Shown: positions 7,508-17,742, counted from the first letter of the stretch. The stretch is 51,148 bases of DNA from an uncultured Candidatus Saccharibacteria bacterium (GCA_964367145.1 CAYIWJ010000004.1:1-51148); one strand, 5' to 3'. Made by a program: numbers and translations. Notes: generated by a model not told the origin, from the letters alone.

Positions 7508-10500
7508 ATGGAAAAATTCGTTCACCTTCATACGCATAGCCATTACTCCTTACTCGACGGCCTACCCAAAATCCCCGAACTGGTGGATCGCGTCAAAGAG
7601 CTTGGAATGAATACCGTCGCCATCACCGACCACGGCAATCTCTACGCCGCCGTTGAATTTTACAAAAAAGCCACTTCGAGCGGCGTTAAACCGATCCTCG
7701 GCGTAGAAGCTTATATCGCCCCCGGCAGTCGCCTCGAAAAAAATCTCAACGGCGGCGAAAAATATTATCACTTGATTCTGCTGGTCAAAAACGAAACCGG
7801 CTGGAAAAATCTACTCAAATTAGTCACCGCCTCTTATCTGGAGGGCTTTTATTACAAACCGCGGATGGATAAAGAACTTCTGGGCAAATACCACGAAGGC
7901 CTTATCGCGCTCTCGGGTTGTCTGGCTGGCGAAGTATCTCGCAATCTCATGGCCAAGCGACCCGACGAAGCCGAAAAAGCGGCACGAGAATATCAATCCA
8001 TCTTCGGCGCTGAAAATTTTTATCTTGAAATCGGCCATCACCCCGGCATTAAAGAAACCATTCAAGTCGGCGAAGACTTAATCGCCCTCTCGCATAAAAC
8101 CGGCATCCCGCTCGTCGCCACCCAAGATATTCATTATCTCAAAAAAGAGGACGCCTACTACCACGACATTCTGCTCGCGGTTCAAACCGGCAATAAGTTA
8201 GACGACCCCGATCGCCTAACTTTAAAAAACGACGATTTTTCCATGCGCAGCCCCGAAGAAATGGCCGAACTTTTTAAAAACACACCCGAGGCGATAACCA
8301 ACACCGTCAAAATCGCCGAAGCCTGCTCCATAACCCTAGAGCTGGATAAAATCCGGATTCCCAAATTTAATACTCCCGAAGGTTACACCGCCACCACCTA
8401 TCTCCGAAAACTTTTGGAGGATCGACTTAAATGGCGCTATCCAGAGCCATCAACCGAAGTGTTGGCGCGAATTGAATTTGAACAAGGAGTTATTGAGCGC
8501 ATGGGCTTTGCCGACTATTTTTTGATCGTGCAGGATTTTATCAACTGGGCTAAAAATCGTGGCATCGTCGTCGGCCCTGGTCGGGGTTCCGCCGCCGGCA
8601 GTATCGTCTCCTATATCTTAGGCATCACCAACTTGGATCCAATTGCCTACGATCTAATTTTTGAAAGATTTCTAAACCCCGACCGAATTCAAATGCCAGA
8701 TATTGATGTCGACATTGCCGACACTCGCCGCGACGAAGTGATGGGTTATCTCAAAGAAACTTACGGGGAAGATCGAGTCGCCAACATCATCACCTTTGGA
8801 ACCATGGCCGCTCGCGCGGCCGTCCGCGACGTTGGCCGCGCGCTTGGCATGAGTTATACCTTCTGCGATCAAATCGCCAAGCTGATTCCTTTTGTTCAAT
8901 CGGTCAAAACCGGACTTGAGGGAGCGATTAAAGAAGTTCGAGAACTGCATGAACTCTATGAACACAATCCGGACGCCAAAAAGATTTTGGACGCGGCCAT
9001 GCATTTGGAAGGTGTCGCTCGCCACGCCTCGGTACACGCCTGCGGCACAGTCATCTCTAGTGAACCGCTAGTCAACTTTCTACCCCTCCAACGCGCTCCA
9101 CAAGACGACAACGTCATCGTCTCGCAATTTGAGATGCACGCCGTAGAAAATCTCGGCCTCCTCAAAATTGATCTTTTGGGACTGCGCAACTTAACCACGA
9201 TTGAGAATACTTTACGTCTTGTTCGTCGGGTTAAAGGCGAAGAGATTGATATCAATCGGATTCCGCTCAAAGACCAGCCAACATTTGCCATGCTTCAGCG
9301 CGGCGAAACCAGCGGTGTCTTCCAGTTTGAATCCTCGGGGATGACCCGCTATCTCAAAGAATTGAGACCGACCGAAATCGAAGACTTAATTGCCATGGTC
9401 GCCCTCTATCGCCCGGGTCCGATGGAACTTATCCCCGAATACATCGCCCGCAAGCACGGCAAAAAAACCATCACCTACTTGCACCCAAAATTGGAACCGG
9501 TGCTCAACAAGACTTACGGCATCATGATTTATCAGGAACAGCTGATGAACGGCGCCAGAATGCTGGCTAGTTTTACTCTTTCTGAAGCCGATGTTTTACG
9601 CAAAGCCGTCGGTAAAAAAATCCGCAAACTTCTGATGGAGCAAAAAGAAAAACTGATTAACGGCTGTATTAAAAATGGCATTCCGGAGACAACCGCCAAT
9701 GAATTCTGGGCGCTAGTGGAACCCTTTGACCGCTACGGCTTCAACCGATCGCACGCCGCCTGCTACGCCATGATCGCGTACCAAACCGCCTATCTCCGCG
9801 CCCACTATCCGGTGGAATTTATGACTAGTCTTTTGAACGCCGAATCCAAAGACATCGATCGAATCACCTACCTGGTGGGTGAAGCCAAAAAACAACAAAT
9901 CGAAATCTTGGCGCCAGATATCAATCACAGCGATGCCGATTTTACGCCCGAAGGCAGCAAAATTCGCTTTGGCCTCGCCGCCATCAAAAACGTCGGTCAA
10001 AAAATAGTGGAAGCGATGATTGATGAGCGAACTCGCGGCGGAGATTTTGTCGATCTCCCATCATTTCTAAGTCGGGTCCAACATAAAGACCTCAACAAAA
10101 AATCCCTAGAAAGCCTAATTAAATGCGGAGCTCTTGATTCGTTCGGCGTGGAACGAGCCGTAGCTATAGCCAATATTGAAGAAATCCTAAAATTCGCCAC
10201 CGCCTACAAACGCCAAAATAATCAAAACCAAATGGGTCTCTTTGGCGTCGGTTCTTCAAGTCAAGCGCTCAAACTTCAACCGACCGAACCGGCGCCCTCA
10301 TCGCAAAAACTAATCTGGGAAAAAGAACTGCTGGGACTCTACGTGAGCGATCACCCTTTAAACCAATACCGCGAAAAGTTTGAAAAGATTAAGGCCAAAC
10401 CAATTAAAGACGCTCTACTTACGCCCAATCGTCGCAGTGTCATCACCGGCGGAATTATTGTGAGCGTTCAACATATCATTACCAAAACCGGCAAGGCCAT

Positions 10501-10675
10501 GGCTTTTGCGAAAATCCAAGATTTTTGGAATACTATGGAGGTTATCGTCTTTCCCGAAAAACTAGACGAAACCCGTCGCGTCTGGGAAGAAAATAAAGTT
10601 ATCCTCGTCGCCGGCAAAATGTCCACCCGCGACGGCGAAACCAAACTGATTTGCGACAGCGTCCGAGAGGTTTAG
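7508..10675 (+). CDS. dnaE: DNA polymerase III alpha subunit
   Basis: FVHLHTHSHYSLLDG PHP domain, GPGRGSAAGS, MPDIDVD, YGFNRSHA, C-terminal OB fold. Confidence 0.98.
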   Translation: MEKFVHLHTHSHYSLLDGLPKIPELVDRVKELGMNTVAITDHGNLYAAVEFYKKATSSGVKPILGVEAYIAPGSRLEKNLNGGEKYYHLILLVKNETGWKNLLKLVTASYLEGFYYKPRMDKELLGKYHEGLIALSGCLAGEVSRNLMAKRPDEAEKAAREYQSIFGAENFYLEIGHHPGIKETIQVGEDLIALSHKTGIPLVATQDIHYLKKEDAYYHDILLAVQTGNKLDDPDRLTLKNDDFSMRSPEEMAELFKNTPEAITNTVKIAEACSITLELDKIRIPKFNTPEGYTATTYLRKLLEDRLKWRYPEPSTEVLARIEFEQGVIERMGFADYFLIVQDFINWAKNRGIVVGPGRGSAAGSIVSYILGITNLDPIAYDLIFERFLNPDRIQMPDIDVDIADTRRDEVMGYLKETYGEDRVANIITFGTMAARAAVRDVGRALGMSYTFCDQIAKLIPFVQSVKTGLEGAIKEVRELHELYEHNPDAKKILDAAMHLEGVARHASVHACGTVISSEPLVNFLPLQRAPQDDNVIVSQFEMHAVENLGLLKIDLLGLRNLTTIENTLRLVRRVKGEEIDINRIPLKDQPTFAMLQRGETSGVFQFESSGMTRYLKELRPTEIEDLIAMVALYRPGPMELIPEYIARKHGKKTITYLHPKLEPVLNKTYGIMIYQEQLMNGARMLASFTLSEADVLRKAVGKKIRKLLMEQKEKLINGCIKNGIPETTANEFWALVEPFDRYGFNRSHAACYAMIAYQTAYLRAHYPVEFMTSLLNAESKDIDRITYLVGEAKKQQIEILAPDINHSDADFTPEGSKIRFGLAAIKNVGQKIVEAMIDERTRGGDFVDLPSFLSRVQHKDLNKKSLESLIKCGALDSFGVERAVAIANIEEILKFATAYKRQNNQNQMGLFGVGSSSQALKLQPTEPAPSSQKLIWEKELLGLYVSDHPLNQYREKFEKIKAKPIKDALLTPNRRSVITGGIIVSVQHIITKTGKAMAFAKIQDFWNTMEVIVFPEKLDETRRVWEENKVILVAGKMSTRDGETKLICDSVREV

Positions 10676-10697
10676 AAAATTTCCATAGAAAAAATGC

Positions 10698-11036
10698 ATG
10701 AGTGCAACAAAAAACATCTTTTTATTCTTTATTTCTATTTTTAGCCTTTCTATTCTTATTTGGTACTACGCGAAGATTGAGCTACCAGAACTAAAAAGGA
10801 TGTTAAAAAAGAAAGAAGAAGAGAAAAAAATTAAAGTTGATTGGAGTAAGGTAGAATTTGACTCTGCATCTTTTAAAAAGTTACTAAAAGCGCTATTCTT
10901 AATAGCTTGCATAGTAGCTATCTATCTTCTATTCAAAAACATAATCAATAATCCCCTACCGTGGATATCAGCATCATTAGTGATTAGCCTCCCTATAATT
11001 ATTATATTACTATATGCCATCCACAAATCTAGATAA
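10698..11036 (+). CDS. Hypothetical small membrane protein (AT-rich)
   Basis: Three hydrophobic segments; markedly lower GC than flanks. Confidence 0.55.
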   Translation: MSATKNIFLFFISIFSLSILIWYYAKIELPELKRMLKKKEEEKKIKVDWSKVEFDSASFKKLLKALFLIACIVAIYLLFKNIINNPLPWISASLVISLPIIIILLYAIHKSR

Positions 11037-12756
11037 CATCCGTCACTCCCTAGCGCACATCTTAGCCGCCGTCGTTCAAAAAAAGTTCCCCGACGTCAAA
11101 CTCGGCATCGGCCCCGTTATTGATGATGGCTTTTATTACGATTTTAAATTTGCCACGCCAATCTCCGAAGAAATTCTGCCGGAACTTGAGGTCGAAATGA
11201 AAAAGCTCATCGAACAAAACCTCGCCTTCTCCGGAAAAAAGATTACCGCGACCGAAGCCAAAAAGCTATTTCACGACCAGCCTTTCAAGTTGGAGCTAAC
11301 CGACGAATTCACTAAGGAAAGTCAAGAACTAACCACCTATCAAACCGGCGAAGCCTTTATAGACCTCTGTCGCGGCGGCCACGTGAAAAACACCGAAGAA
11401 ATAAATCCGAACTCGTTCAAGCTGACTCGTCTTGCCGGAGCCTATTGGCGAGGCAGTGAAAAAAATCCGATGCTAACCCGCATTTACGCCCTCGCCTTTA
11501 ACACCAAAGCCGAGCTCGACACCAAACTAGCGCAACTAGAAGAAGCAAAAAAGCGGGACCACAAAAAACTCGGCCCCGAATTAGATCTTTTTGTTTTTTC
11601 CGAACTTGTCGGTTCCGGTCTGCCACTGTTCACGCCTAAAGGCACGATCCTACGAGACTCTCTCGACAACTTTGTCTGGGAACTAAGGAAAAAACATGGT
11701 TACCAAAGAGTGGATATTCCCCATATTACCAAAAAAGAACTCTACGAAAAAAGCGGCCACTGGGAAAAATTCAAAAACGATCTGTTTAAAATCACGACCC
11801 GCGAAGGACACCTCTTCGCCATGAAACCAATGAATTGCCCGCACCACGCGCAGATCTACGCTCGCAAACAGTGGAGCTACCGCGAACTGCCCCAACGCTA
11901 CGCCTCAACGACTAAAGTCTACCGCGATGAACAATCCGGTGAACTAGCGGGTATCTCGCGCGTCATATCCATCACCCAAGACGACGCGCACGTCTTTTGC
12001 CGCTACACCCAAATCAAGGAAGAAATCTTAAAAGTATGGGATATCATCGAAACGTTCTACGGTGCGTTCAAATTTAATCTCGACATAACCCTCTCGCTCC
12101 ACGATCCAAAAGAACGCGAAAAATATTTGGGCTCTCCCGAACGGTGGCATGAAGCCGAACATACACTCCGCGACATTGCCCAAAGTAAAAAAATAAACCC
12201 GAAAGAAGCTATCGGCGAAGCCGCCTTCTATGGACCCAAAATAGACTTTATCGCTCACGACTCCATCGGACGCACATGGCAAGTCGCCACCATTCAATTG
12301 GACATGAATCAGCCTGAAGGTTTCGATCTGACCTGTATCAACGAAAAAGGTGAGAAGGAACGAATCGTGATGATTCACGCCGCGATCATGGGCTCGATCG
12401 AACGATTTATGTCGGTACTCATCGAACACTTTGCCGGACGCTTCCCCGTCTGGCTCGCTCCAGTGCAGGTCGTCATAGTTCCGATCAGCGAAAAACAGGC
12501 CGACTATGCCAAAGAGATTGAAAATCTACTAAATCAACAAAACATTCGGGTTGAAACCAACCTAGCGAACGAAACCCTAGGCAAGCGAATTCGCAACGCC
12601 GAACACGCAAAGATTCCCTACATTCTCGTCGTCGGCGAAAAAGAAGCCGAATCTAAAACAGTTACACCACGCCAAAACGGAAAGAATCTAGAAGCAATCA
12701 ACCTAGAAAATTTTATAGAGAAAATAAACCACGAAATTAAAACCAAGCAAATTTAG
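11014..12756 (+). CDS. thrS: Threonine--tRNA ligase (no N-terminal TGS domain)
   Basis: RHSLAH, DLCRGGH, KPMNCPHH, AAFYGPKID, TIQLD, GSIERF. Confidence 0.98.
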   Translation: MPSTNLDNIRHSLAHILAAVVQKKFPDVKLGIGPVIDDGFYYDFKFATPISEEILPELEVEMKKLIEQNLAFSGKKITATEAKKLFHDQPFKLELTDEFTKESQELTTYQTGEAFIDLCRGGHVKNTEEINPNSFKLTRLAGAYWRGSEKNPMLTRIYALAFNTKAELDTKLAQLEEAKKRDHKKLGPELDLFVFSELVGSGLPLFTPKGTILRDSLDNFVWELRKKHGYQRVDIPHITKKELYEKSGHWEKFKNDLFKITTREGHLFAMKPMNCPHHAQIYARKQWSYRELPQRYASTTKVYRDEQSGELAGISRVISITQDDAHVFCRYTQIKEEILKVWDIIETFYGAFKFNLDITLSLHDPKEREKYLGSPERWHEAEHTLRDIAQSKKINPKEAIGEAAFYGPKIDFIAHDSIGRTWQVATIQLDMNQPEGFDLTCINEKGEKERIVMIHAAIMGSIERFMSVLIEHFAGRFPVWLAPVQVVIVPISEKQADYAKEIENLLNQQNIRVETNLANETLGKRIRNAEHAKIPYILVVGEKEAESKTVTPRQNGKNLEAINLENFIEKINHEIKTKQI

Positions 12757-12835
12757 TCTCATATCCGATTTCAGTATCCAAAAAAAACGGCCCACCAAAG
12801 GTAAGCCGCCCACTGATTGAACAAAAAACTCTCAG

Positions 12836-13282
12836 CTAAAAAGCCTGAACCACAATAAAAATCAAACCGCCGATCACCGCCGCACCAATAAGAACAACCA
12901 CAAAGGTAGCCAAAGTGCTAATCGGATCATACCAAGACCAAACTTCTTTAATAGCCGCTTTGGTAGCCGCATCATGAGGATACCCACAAATCCCCGTCTC
13001 CTTATCCTCAAAATTTAGCCTCCCACAAACATCACACTTCCAGCCAGAAGTAGGTGTTCCGTCATCTTCTTCAAAAAGCGTTTCCTCGGTTGCAAGCGGC
13101 TGGGTAAACGGAGGCGCCTTGGCAAAACCACAATTTTCACAAAAAAAAGCTCTGCTCCTAAAACCACATTGAGCGCAAAGCCACGATTCCACGGTGGCAA
13201 TGTCACAAACCTCGCAATAACCCTTTTTGTCGGTCTCTCGCTCACAAATCCGGCAATTGACGGCTTTAACTTCTCCGCTCAT
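12836..13282 (-). CDS. Multi-zinc-ribbon protein with C-terminal TM anchor
   Basis: Five CxxC motifs plus a CGYPH; C-terminal hydrophobic helix; GGAG SD before ATG 13282. Confidence 0.7.
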   Translation of the reverse strand: MSGEVKAVNCRICERETDKKGYCEVCDIATVESWLCAQCGFRSRAFFCENCGFAKAPPFTQPLATEETLFEEDDGTPTSGWKCDVCGRLNFEDKETGICGYPHDAATKAAIKEVWSWYDPISTLATFVVVLIGAAVIGGLIFIVVQAF

Positions 13283-13421
13283 TAGAAGCTCCAAAAAAAA
13301 GAACCATCCAAGTGATTCAAAGAACTTTAGACACCATAACAGATCAAAAACCAAAGCGTCAAATCCAAAAACTACCACCGTCTAGAACGACCGGAATTCT
13401 TTAGCTCGCACCCACAACCAC

Positions 13422-13853
13422 CTAACTGGTCCGCGGACTTTTTTTCTCCAAAAATGCCACCCGCCGCTCCAGGGCCGTAAATTCTTCCACATCAACCTTT
13501 CGCTTAAGTGAGTTTTTCATAAACTCAATGTTTTCCTTAACAATCCCCATATCCATCGTTAGCCCGCCGATCATTTCCGTGTGAGAATCCAAAGTCTTTG
13601 TGTGAAGATCAAGAATCTTTGTATGCGAATCCAAAGTCTTGGTGTGAGAATCCAGAATCTTTGTATGAGAATCAAGAGTTTCCTTGATTTCATGCACATC
13701 AAACTTCAGTTCACCAATGTCTTTTTTAATATCGCCACACTGCTCGGCGATAAGATAAACCTTATGATCGGTATGTTCAAACAAAACACCAAGCTTCCGA
13801 ATTTCAACAAGAACATCCGGTTTTCTATTTCTAAGTTTTTTTGTCGCGCGCAT
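13422..13853 (-). CDS. Coiled-coil protein with LDSHTK(I/T) heptad repeats
   Basis: 143-aa ORF with five heptads; -10 box TACACT 7 nt upstream of ATG. Confidence 0.75.
   Translation of the reverse strand: MRATKKLRNRKPDVLVEIRKLGVLFEHTDHKVYLIAEQCGDIKKDIGELKFDVHEIKETLDSHTKILDSHTKTLDSHTKILDLHTKTLDSHTEMIGGLTMDMGIVKENIEFMKNSLKRKVDVEEFTALERRVAFLEKKSPRTS
13579..13680 (-). repeat. 21-bp tandem repeat (about 5 units) inside the CDS
   Basis: Encodes LDSHTKI/LDSHTKT/LDSHTKI/LDLHTKT/LDSHTEM. Confidence 0.85.
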
Positions 13854-13888
13854 TGTTCTAAGTGTATGCCCGAAAAAAAGCTGTCAAT

Positions 13889-15418
13889 TTATTTTCCTTG
13901 CCCAAGCAACTCCCGAAAAACCTTTTGCAAAACCGCTGGATTTCCCTTGCCTTTTAATTCCGCCATCGCCTTGCCGACTAAAAACTGCAAGGCATTCTCC
14001 TTGCCCTTTTTGAAATCCGCCACCGGCTGCGGATGGGCGGCAACAATCCCCATCGCCATCCCCCTAAGCACCCCCGCATCCGAAACCTGCTCCAATCCTT
14101 CTGTTTGCAAAATAGCATACGGATCAAGTCCCGATTCACTCATCCGCCGTAAAATATCCTTAGCTGATCGGCTAGTGATTTTATTTTCCGAAATGAGAAC
14201 TATTAAATCCGCGAAATGCTCGGGACTAATTTTTGAATCATCCCAGCTGGACGCCTTCTCCGTCAAAAGTCCGCGCAAATCGGTATTCAAATAATTGATC
14301 AGCAACTTAATTTCGCGAGATCCCGGAGTTCGGTGCTCTAATTTAAATTCCGAAAAAGCCTCTTCAAAAAATTGCGCCGCCCGCCGATCCTGAATCAACG
14401 ACTCGGTCTCCGTGGCTGAAAGTCCAAACTCTTTCAAAAATCGCGCCCGCTTCTCCCACGGCAATTCCGGCAAAGAAATTTTAAGCGCCTTCAGGTCCAA
14501 CCGCGATAAATCAAGCGGCGGCAAATCAGGCTCGGGAAAATAGCGATAATCGTGAGCCGACTCCTTGATGCGCTGACCCACAGTTACCTGATTAACATCA
14601 TCCCAACCTCGAGTCTCTTGAATCACCTTTCCGCCGCCCTCTAAAACTTCGGCTTGTCTTTTAAGCTCGTATTGAATCGCCCCATAAACCGCCTTGAAAG
14701 AATTTATATTTTTGACCTCAACCTTAGTGCCCAAAACCGGCTTGCCCTCCAACCCAATCGCGGCAAAAGATTTTTCCAATAATTTTGAATCCTCATTTTT
14801 TGACCCAACTTCCGGACGAATAGAAACGTTCGCCTCTACCCGCATCTGACCCTTCTCCATATCAGCATCCGAAACGCCAAGATAACGCAAAAGTAACTGT
14901 AACTCCTTGGCAAACGCCACCGCTTCATCGGCGTTTTTTATATCCGGCTCGGTTACCAGCTCCATCAAGGGCACTCCGGCTCGATTAAAATCAACGAGTG
15001 AAACCCGCCGTTCTAATTTCGCGCCGAAGCCGTCTCCGTCCGCGTGCTGTAATCTCGCCGTGTCTTCCTCTAAATGAACTCGCGTTAGTCGCACTCCGTT
15101 TAGCACTCCGCCAAAAACCAATGGCAAATCATATTGCGAAATCTGGTAGGCTTTGGGAATATCCGGATAAAAATAATTTTTCCGGTCAAATTTAGAAACC
15201 ATCGGCAAATCACCGCCGACCGCCATACCAACGCGAATAATTGACTCCACGGCGGACCGATTAACAACCGGCAACGTTCCCGGATGACCGGTGCAAATCG
15301 GACAGATGTTTACGTTCGGACGCCTCTCAAGCGAATCATTCAACGAATCACAGAACATCTTTGTTCTCGTCTTAAGTTCGGCATGAACTTCCAGCCCAAT
15401 GGTGGGGATATAAAGCAT
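13889..15418 (-). CDS. gatB: Asp/Glu-tRNA amidotransferase subunit B
   Basis: IGLEVHAEL, FDRKNYFYPD, DFNRAGVPLMELVTEP, YRYFPEPDLPP. Confidence 0.98.
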   Translation of the reverse strand: MLYIPTIGLEVHAELKTRTKMFCDSLNDSLERRPNVNICPICTGHPGTLPVVNRSAVESIIRVGMAVGGDLPMVSKFDRKNYFYPDIPKAYQISQYDLPLVFGGVLNGVRLTRVHLEEDTARLQHADGDGFGAKLERRVSLVDFNRAGVPLMELVTEPDIKNADEAVAFAKELQLLLRYLGVSDADMEKGQMRVEANVSIRPEVGSKNEDSKLLEKSFAAIGLEGKPVLGTKVEVKNINSFKAVYGAIQYELKRQAEVLEGGGKVIQETRGWDDVNQVTVGQRIKESAHDYRYFPEPDLPPLDLSRLDLKALKISLPELPWEKRARFLKEFGLSATETESLIQDRRAAQFFEEAFSEFKLEHRTPGSREIKLLINYLNTDLRGLLTEKASSWDDSKISPEHFADLIVLISENKITSRSAKDILRRMSESGLDPYAILQTEGLEQVSDAGVLRGMAMGIVAAHPQPVADFKKGKENALQFLVGKAMAELKGKGNPAVLQKVFRELLGQGK

Positions 15419-15478
15419 AACTATATTGCAATCTTACCAATTCAAAAGCTCCTAAGCAATTAATACTCGATAAATCAT

Positions 15479-16186
15479 TTACTGCGTTTCGTGATCGGCG
15501 TTCACAAACCACTGCGTCTTCAAATTACCCGAAGCAATCGGCGGATTGGCATAAGTAACTCCCAAAGCATCCGCCAGTCGCCCAAAAAAACCATAAAACA
15601 AAGGAACTTTCGCGCTGGCAAAGTTTGGAACTGTTTTAGCGGTTGAAAGCAAATAATTTCGGCTACAATAAAATTCTGTTAATCTTTTAATTCCAGAACC
15701 CTGAATCGGCGGCTCTCCGGGCTTGATCGCTCCCAAGCCGGTATCAATCCCTTGATCACGACAAATTCTAAAGATAAAACTTTGTCGCCGCCCCGCCGCA
15801 TCGGTAAAATAACCCGCCACCGCGTTACAAGAACCAACGCTAGTGGGACTGCCAACCGTCGGATGTCCAAGACGAATCAAAGACAAGGCATCGGTTACAT
15901 GTCTTGGGTTTGAGGGATAAGTCGCTCCGCCAAAAAACCCCTGACTCGGAATAATAACCTCCAGCGTGGCGGCGGAAGTACCGTAATCAATCCCACGATC
16001 CGTGTCAGCGCAAAAATTAAGCACTTGGCCACTAACGGCAGAAACGGTATTGGCCAAAGAGATTGAATTTTTAACTTCAGCCACTTGCACCGTAACTTTA
16101 TCAACAAAAATGTTTAGACCAACAACATTCAACACCACAATTCCAAGCAAAATACTAAAAAAGATTAAAAGCCTAGAATGGATCAT
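15479..16186 (-). CDS. Secreted or membrane-anchored Cys-containing hypothetical protein
   Basis: N-terminal TM; CADTDRG...LTEFYC; paralog-like to the neighbouring gene. Confidence 0.7.
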   Translation of the reverse strand: MIHSRLLIFFSILLGIVVLNVVGLNIFVDKVTVQVAEVKNSISLANTVSAVSGQVLNFCADTDRGIDYGTSAATLEVIIPSQGFFGGATYPSNPRHVTDALSLIRLGHPTVGSPTSVGSCNAVAGYFTDAAGRRQSFIFRICRDQGIDTGLGAIKPGEPPIQGSGIKRLTEFYCSRNYLLSTAKTVPNFASAKVPLFYGFFGRLADALGVTYANPPIASGNLKTQWFVNADHETQ

Positions 16187-16209
16187 AATAAAAACCAAAC
16201 AACAAAAGT

Positions 16210-17160
16210 TTAATCCTTAAAACCAAAGGCATAGCTCTTCCCGCCAATCAAAGTACCCCAGCCAAAATCACCAAGCAGATTACTTAAACCAGAGCTCGCG
16301 GGAAACGTTGGGGTATACTTCCTTTTGTTAACGCTCTTGTTTGCTTTCGCCACATATTTAGCCTTCAGATGATTATCTGAACCGCAAAAATATTCCAGAA
16401 CCACCGCCCCCGCAGGAAAACCGCTAACCGCAGTCTGCGATCCAGAAGATCCGCCCTGCTCGGTAACCACTACGGCAGAAGAATTTGAATTCAAAACGGG
16501 ATTGGCGCTTCCAGATGAATTAACTGGCTTGCTCTCCGCCGCCGTAATTGGGCCCAATTCTTTGCAATCCTTACCCTTATCAACACCCACAACAAGAGTT
16601 GCCTTAAATGGTTTACCATTCACCTTGCCACCGATACCGCCATAATATGCCGACACCCCAAAAAGACGGTTCTTATTCAACTGAACTCCGTCACACTTAA
16701 TTGAACCGTCAGGGTCGTAACTATAATCTGAATCTGCCAAACCTCCTGGCTCACTCCTGTTAATTCCAAAATTACTCGCGCCGGCAATATACTGTCCAAT
16801 CGTAAAAGGAGTTCCATCGGGATTCCGATGATCAGCCGGTATGCCATTTTGGAACTCCAGAGAATAAGTCGCTCCAGCGATTTTACCCCCCGGACCAAAT
16901 TCTGGCTTCATCCCGTCATTTTCCGGACTCGGATCATCAACACAAAGTCTTTGAATTGAAGTCGAATCGCCACCACCAGCGCCATCATCTTCCGCCAAAG
17001 CCGAACCCGTGGTTGGCGCCGGAGCACTACTCAACAAAACACTGGAAAGCGAACTCACGTCGCTCGCGATCTTGCTGGTTGAAAAATTCAGAAATCCGAC
17101 GTTTACCACAATAATCGCCATCAAAACCGCAAAATAATACCAAAAGTTTTTATGAATCAT
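16210..17160 (-). CDS. Secreted or membrane-anchored Gly/Ser-rich hypothetical protein
   Basis: N-terminal TM; CVDD...VLEYFC; TGA-TATAGT -10 box 6 nt upstream of ATG. Confidence 0.75.
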   Translation of the reverse strand: MIHKNFWYYFAVLMAIIVVNVGFLNFSTSKIASDVSSLSSVLLSSAPAPTTGSALAEDDGAGGGDSTSIQRLCVDDPSPENDGMKPEFGPGGKIAGATYSLEFQNGIPADHRNPDGTPFTIGQYIAGASNFGINRSEPGGLADSDYSYDPDGSIKCDGVQLNKNRLFGVSAYYGGIGGKVNGKPFKATLVVGVDKGKDCKELGPITAAESKPVNSSGSANPVLNSNSSAVVVTEQGGSSGSQTAVSGFPAGAVVLEYFCGSDNHLKAKYVAKANKSVNKRKYTPTFPASSGLSNLLGDFGWGTLIGGKSYAFGFKD

Positions 17161-17258
17161 GACAAAACTATATCATAAACAAGGGCCGATTAAGCTGTGG
17201 ACAAAAAAGTTAGAAACAACTAACCCCAAACAAGGACTCTTTATTTTCTAGACTTGTC

Positions 17259-17282
17259 TCGCCGGAGCTTTAGCGGAGGTGG
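17259..17282. repeat. REP-like short palindrome
   Basis: TCGCCGGAGCTTTAGCGGAGGTGG imperfect hairpin. Confidence 0.45.
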
Positions 17283-17377
17283 AAGCTCTCGGAACTTCAA
17301 CCTCATACCCCAGCAAGGACACATTCCTTTCAGAGAGGTTCTCGGAGTTTTCAATCTTCAATTTCTCCACCAAGTGA

Positions 17378-17516
17378 GCCATTTCCTTCCGTCGGCAACT
17401 CTCGGAAACGTAAAAAGATTGGTTTTCGACGATAGTCGAAATTTTTAGGTTGAGAGGTAGCGGTTTCATTTTCCGCCGGAGAAAATGAAACCGCGGTGCT
17501 CGCGGAAGGAAATGGC
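17378..17516 (+). repeat. Multibranch structured repeat family B, copy 1
   Basis: GCCATTTCCTTCCG/CGGAAGGAAATGGC outer stem; internal AGCGGT...CGCCGGA...ACCGCGG. Confidence 0.8.
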
Positions 17517-17609
17517 AATTTTTACCACGCATCCCAATCACCCCAACCAGCGAGGACTGCTTTTTCCTCACAGCCACCACAGAGACCAGCGTCATTTTCC
17601 AACGAGCGA

Positions 17610-17742
17610 GGACTCTTGTGTTTTGAGAAGCTATCGCAGGCGACGCGAGCTCGGTTTCCGTAGACGGAATCGCGTTGCCGAGATGAAGCGGTCGTTCTTC
17701 GCCGGAAAAGAACGAACCGCGGTTCTCAAAACACAAGAGTCC
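17610..17742 (+). repeat. Multibranch structured repeat family B, copy 2
   Basis: Perfect 20-bp outer inverted repeat GGACTCTTGTGTTTTGAGAA; same internal AGCGGT...CGCCGGA...ACCGCGG. Confidence 0.8.

Noticed and set aside
7315-7610. Small ORFs upstream of dnaE (7315-7455, 7419-7610)
   Set aside because: They overlap the family A repeat and the dnaE start; no recognisable protein features.
13579-13680. CRISPR array
   Set aside because: Contiguous coding 21-bp repeats without spacers; no cas genes or repeat-spacer arrays anywhere in the window.
17283-17352. Riboswitch (TPP or glycine) in the AACCTC/GAGGTT hairpin
   Set aside because: Only isolated words (ATACCC, CTCTG) match; the core aptamer motifs are absent.
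17248-17736. 162-aa minus-strand ORF after rplK (possible rplA remnant)
   Set aside because: No L1 motifs; the sequence is explained by palindromic elements.
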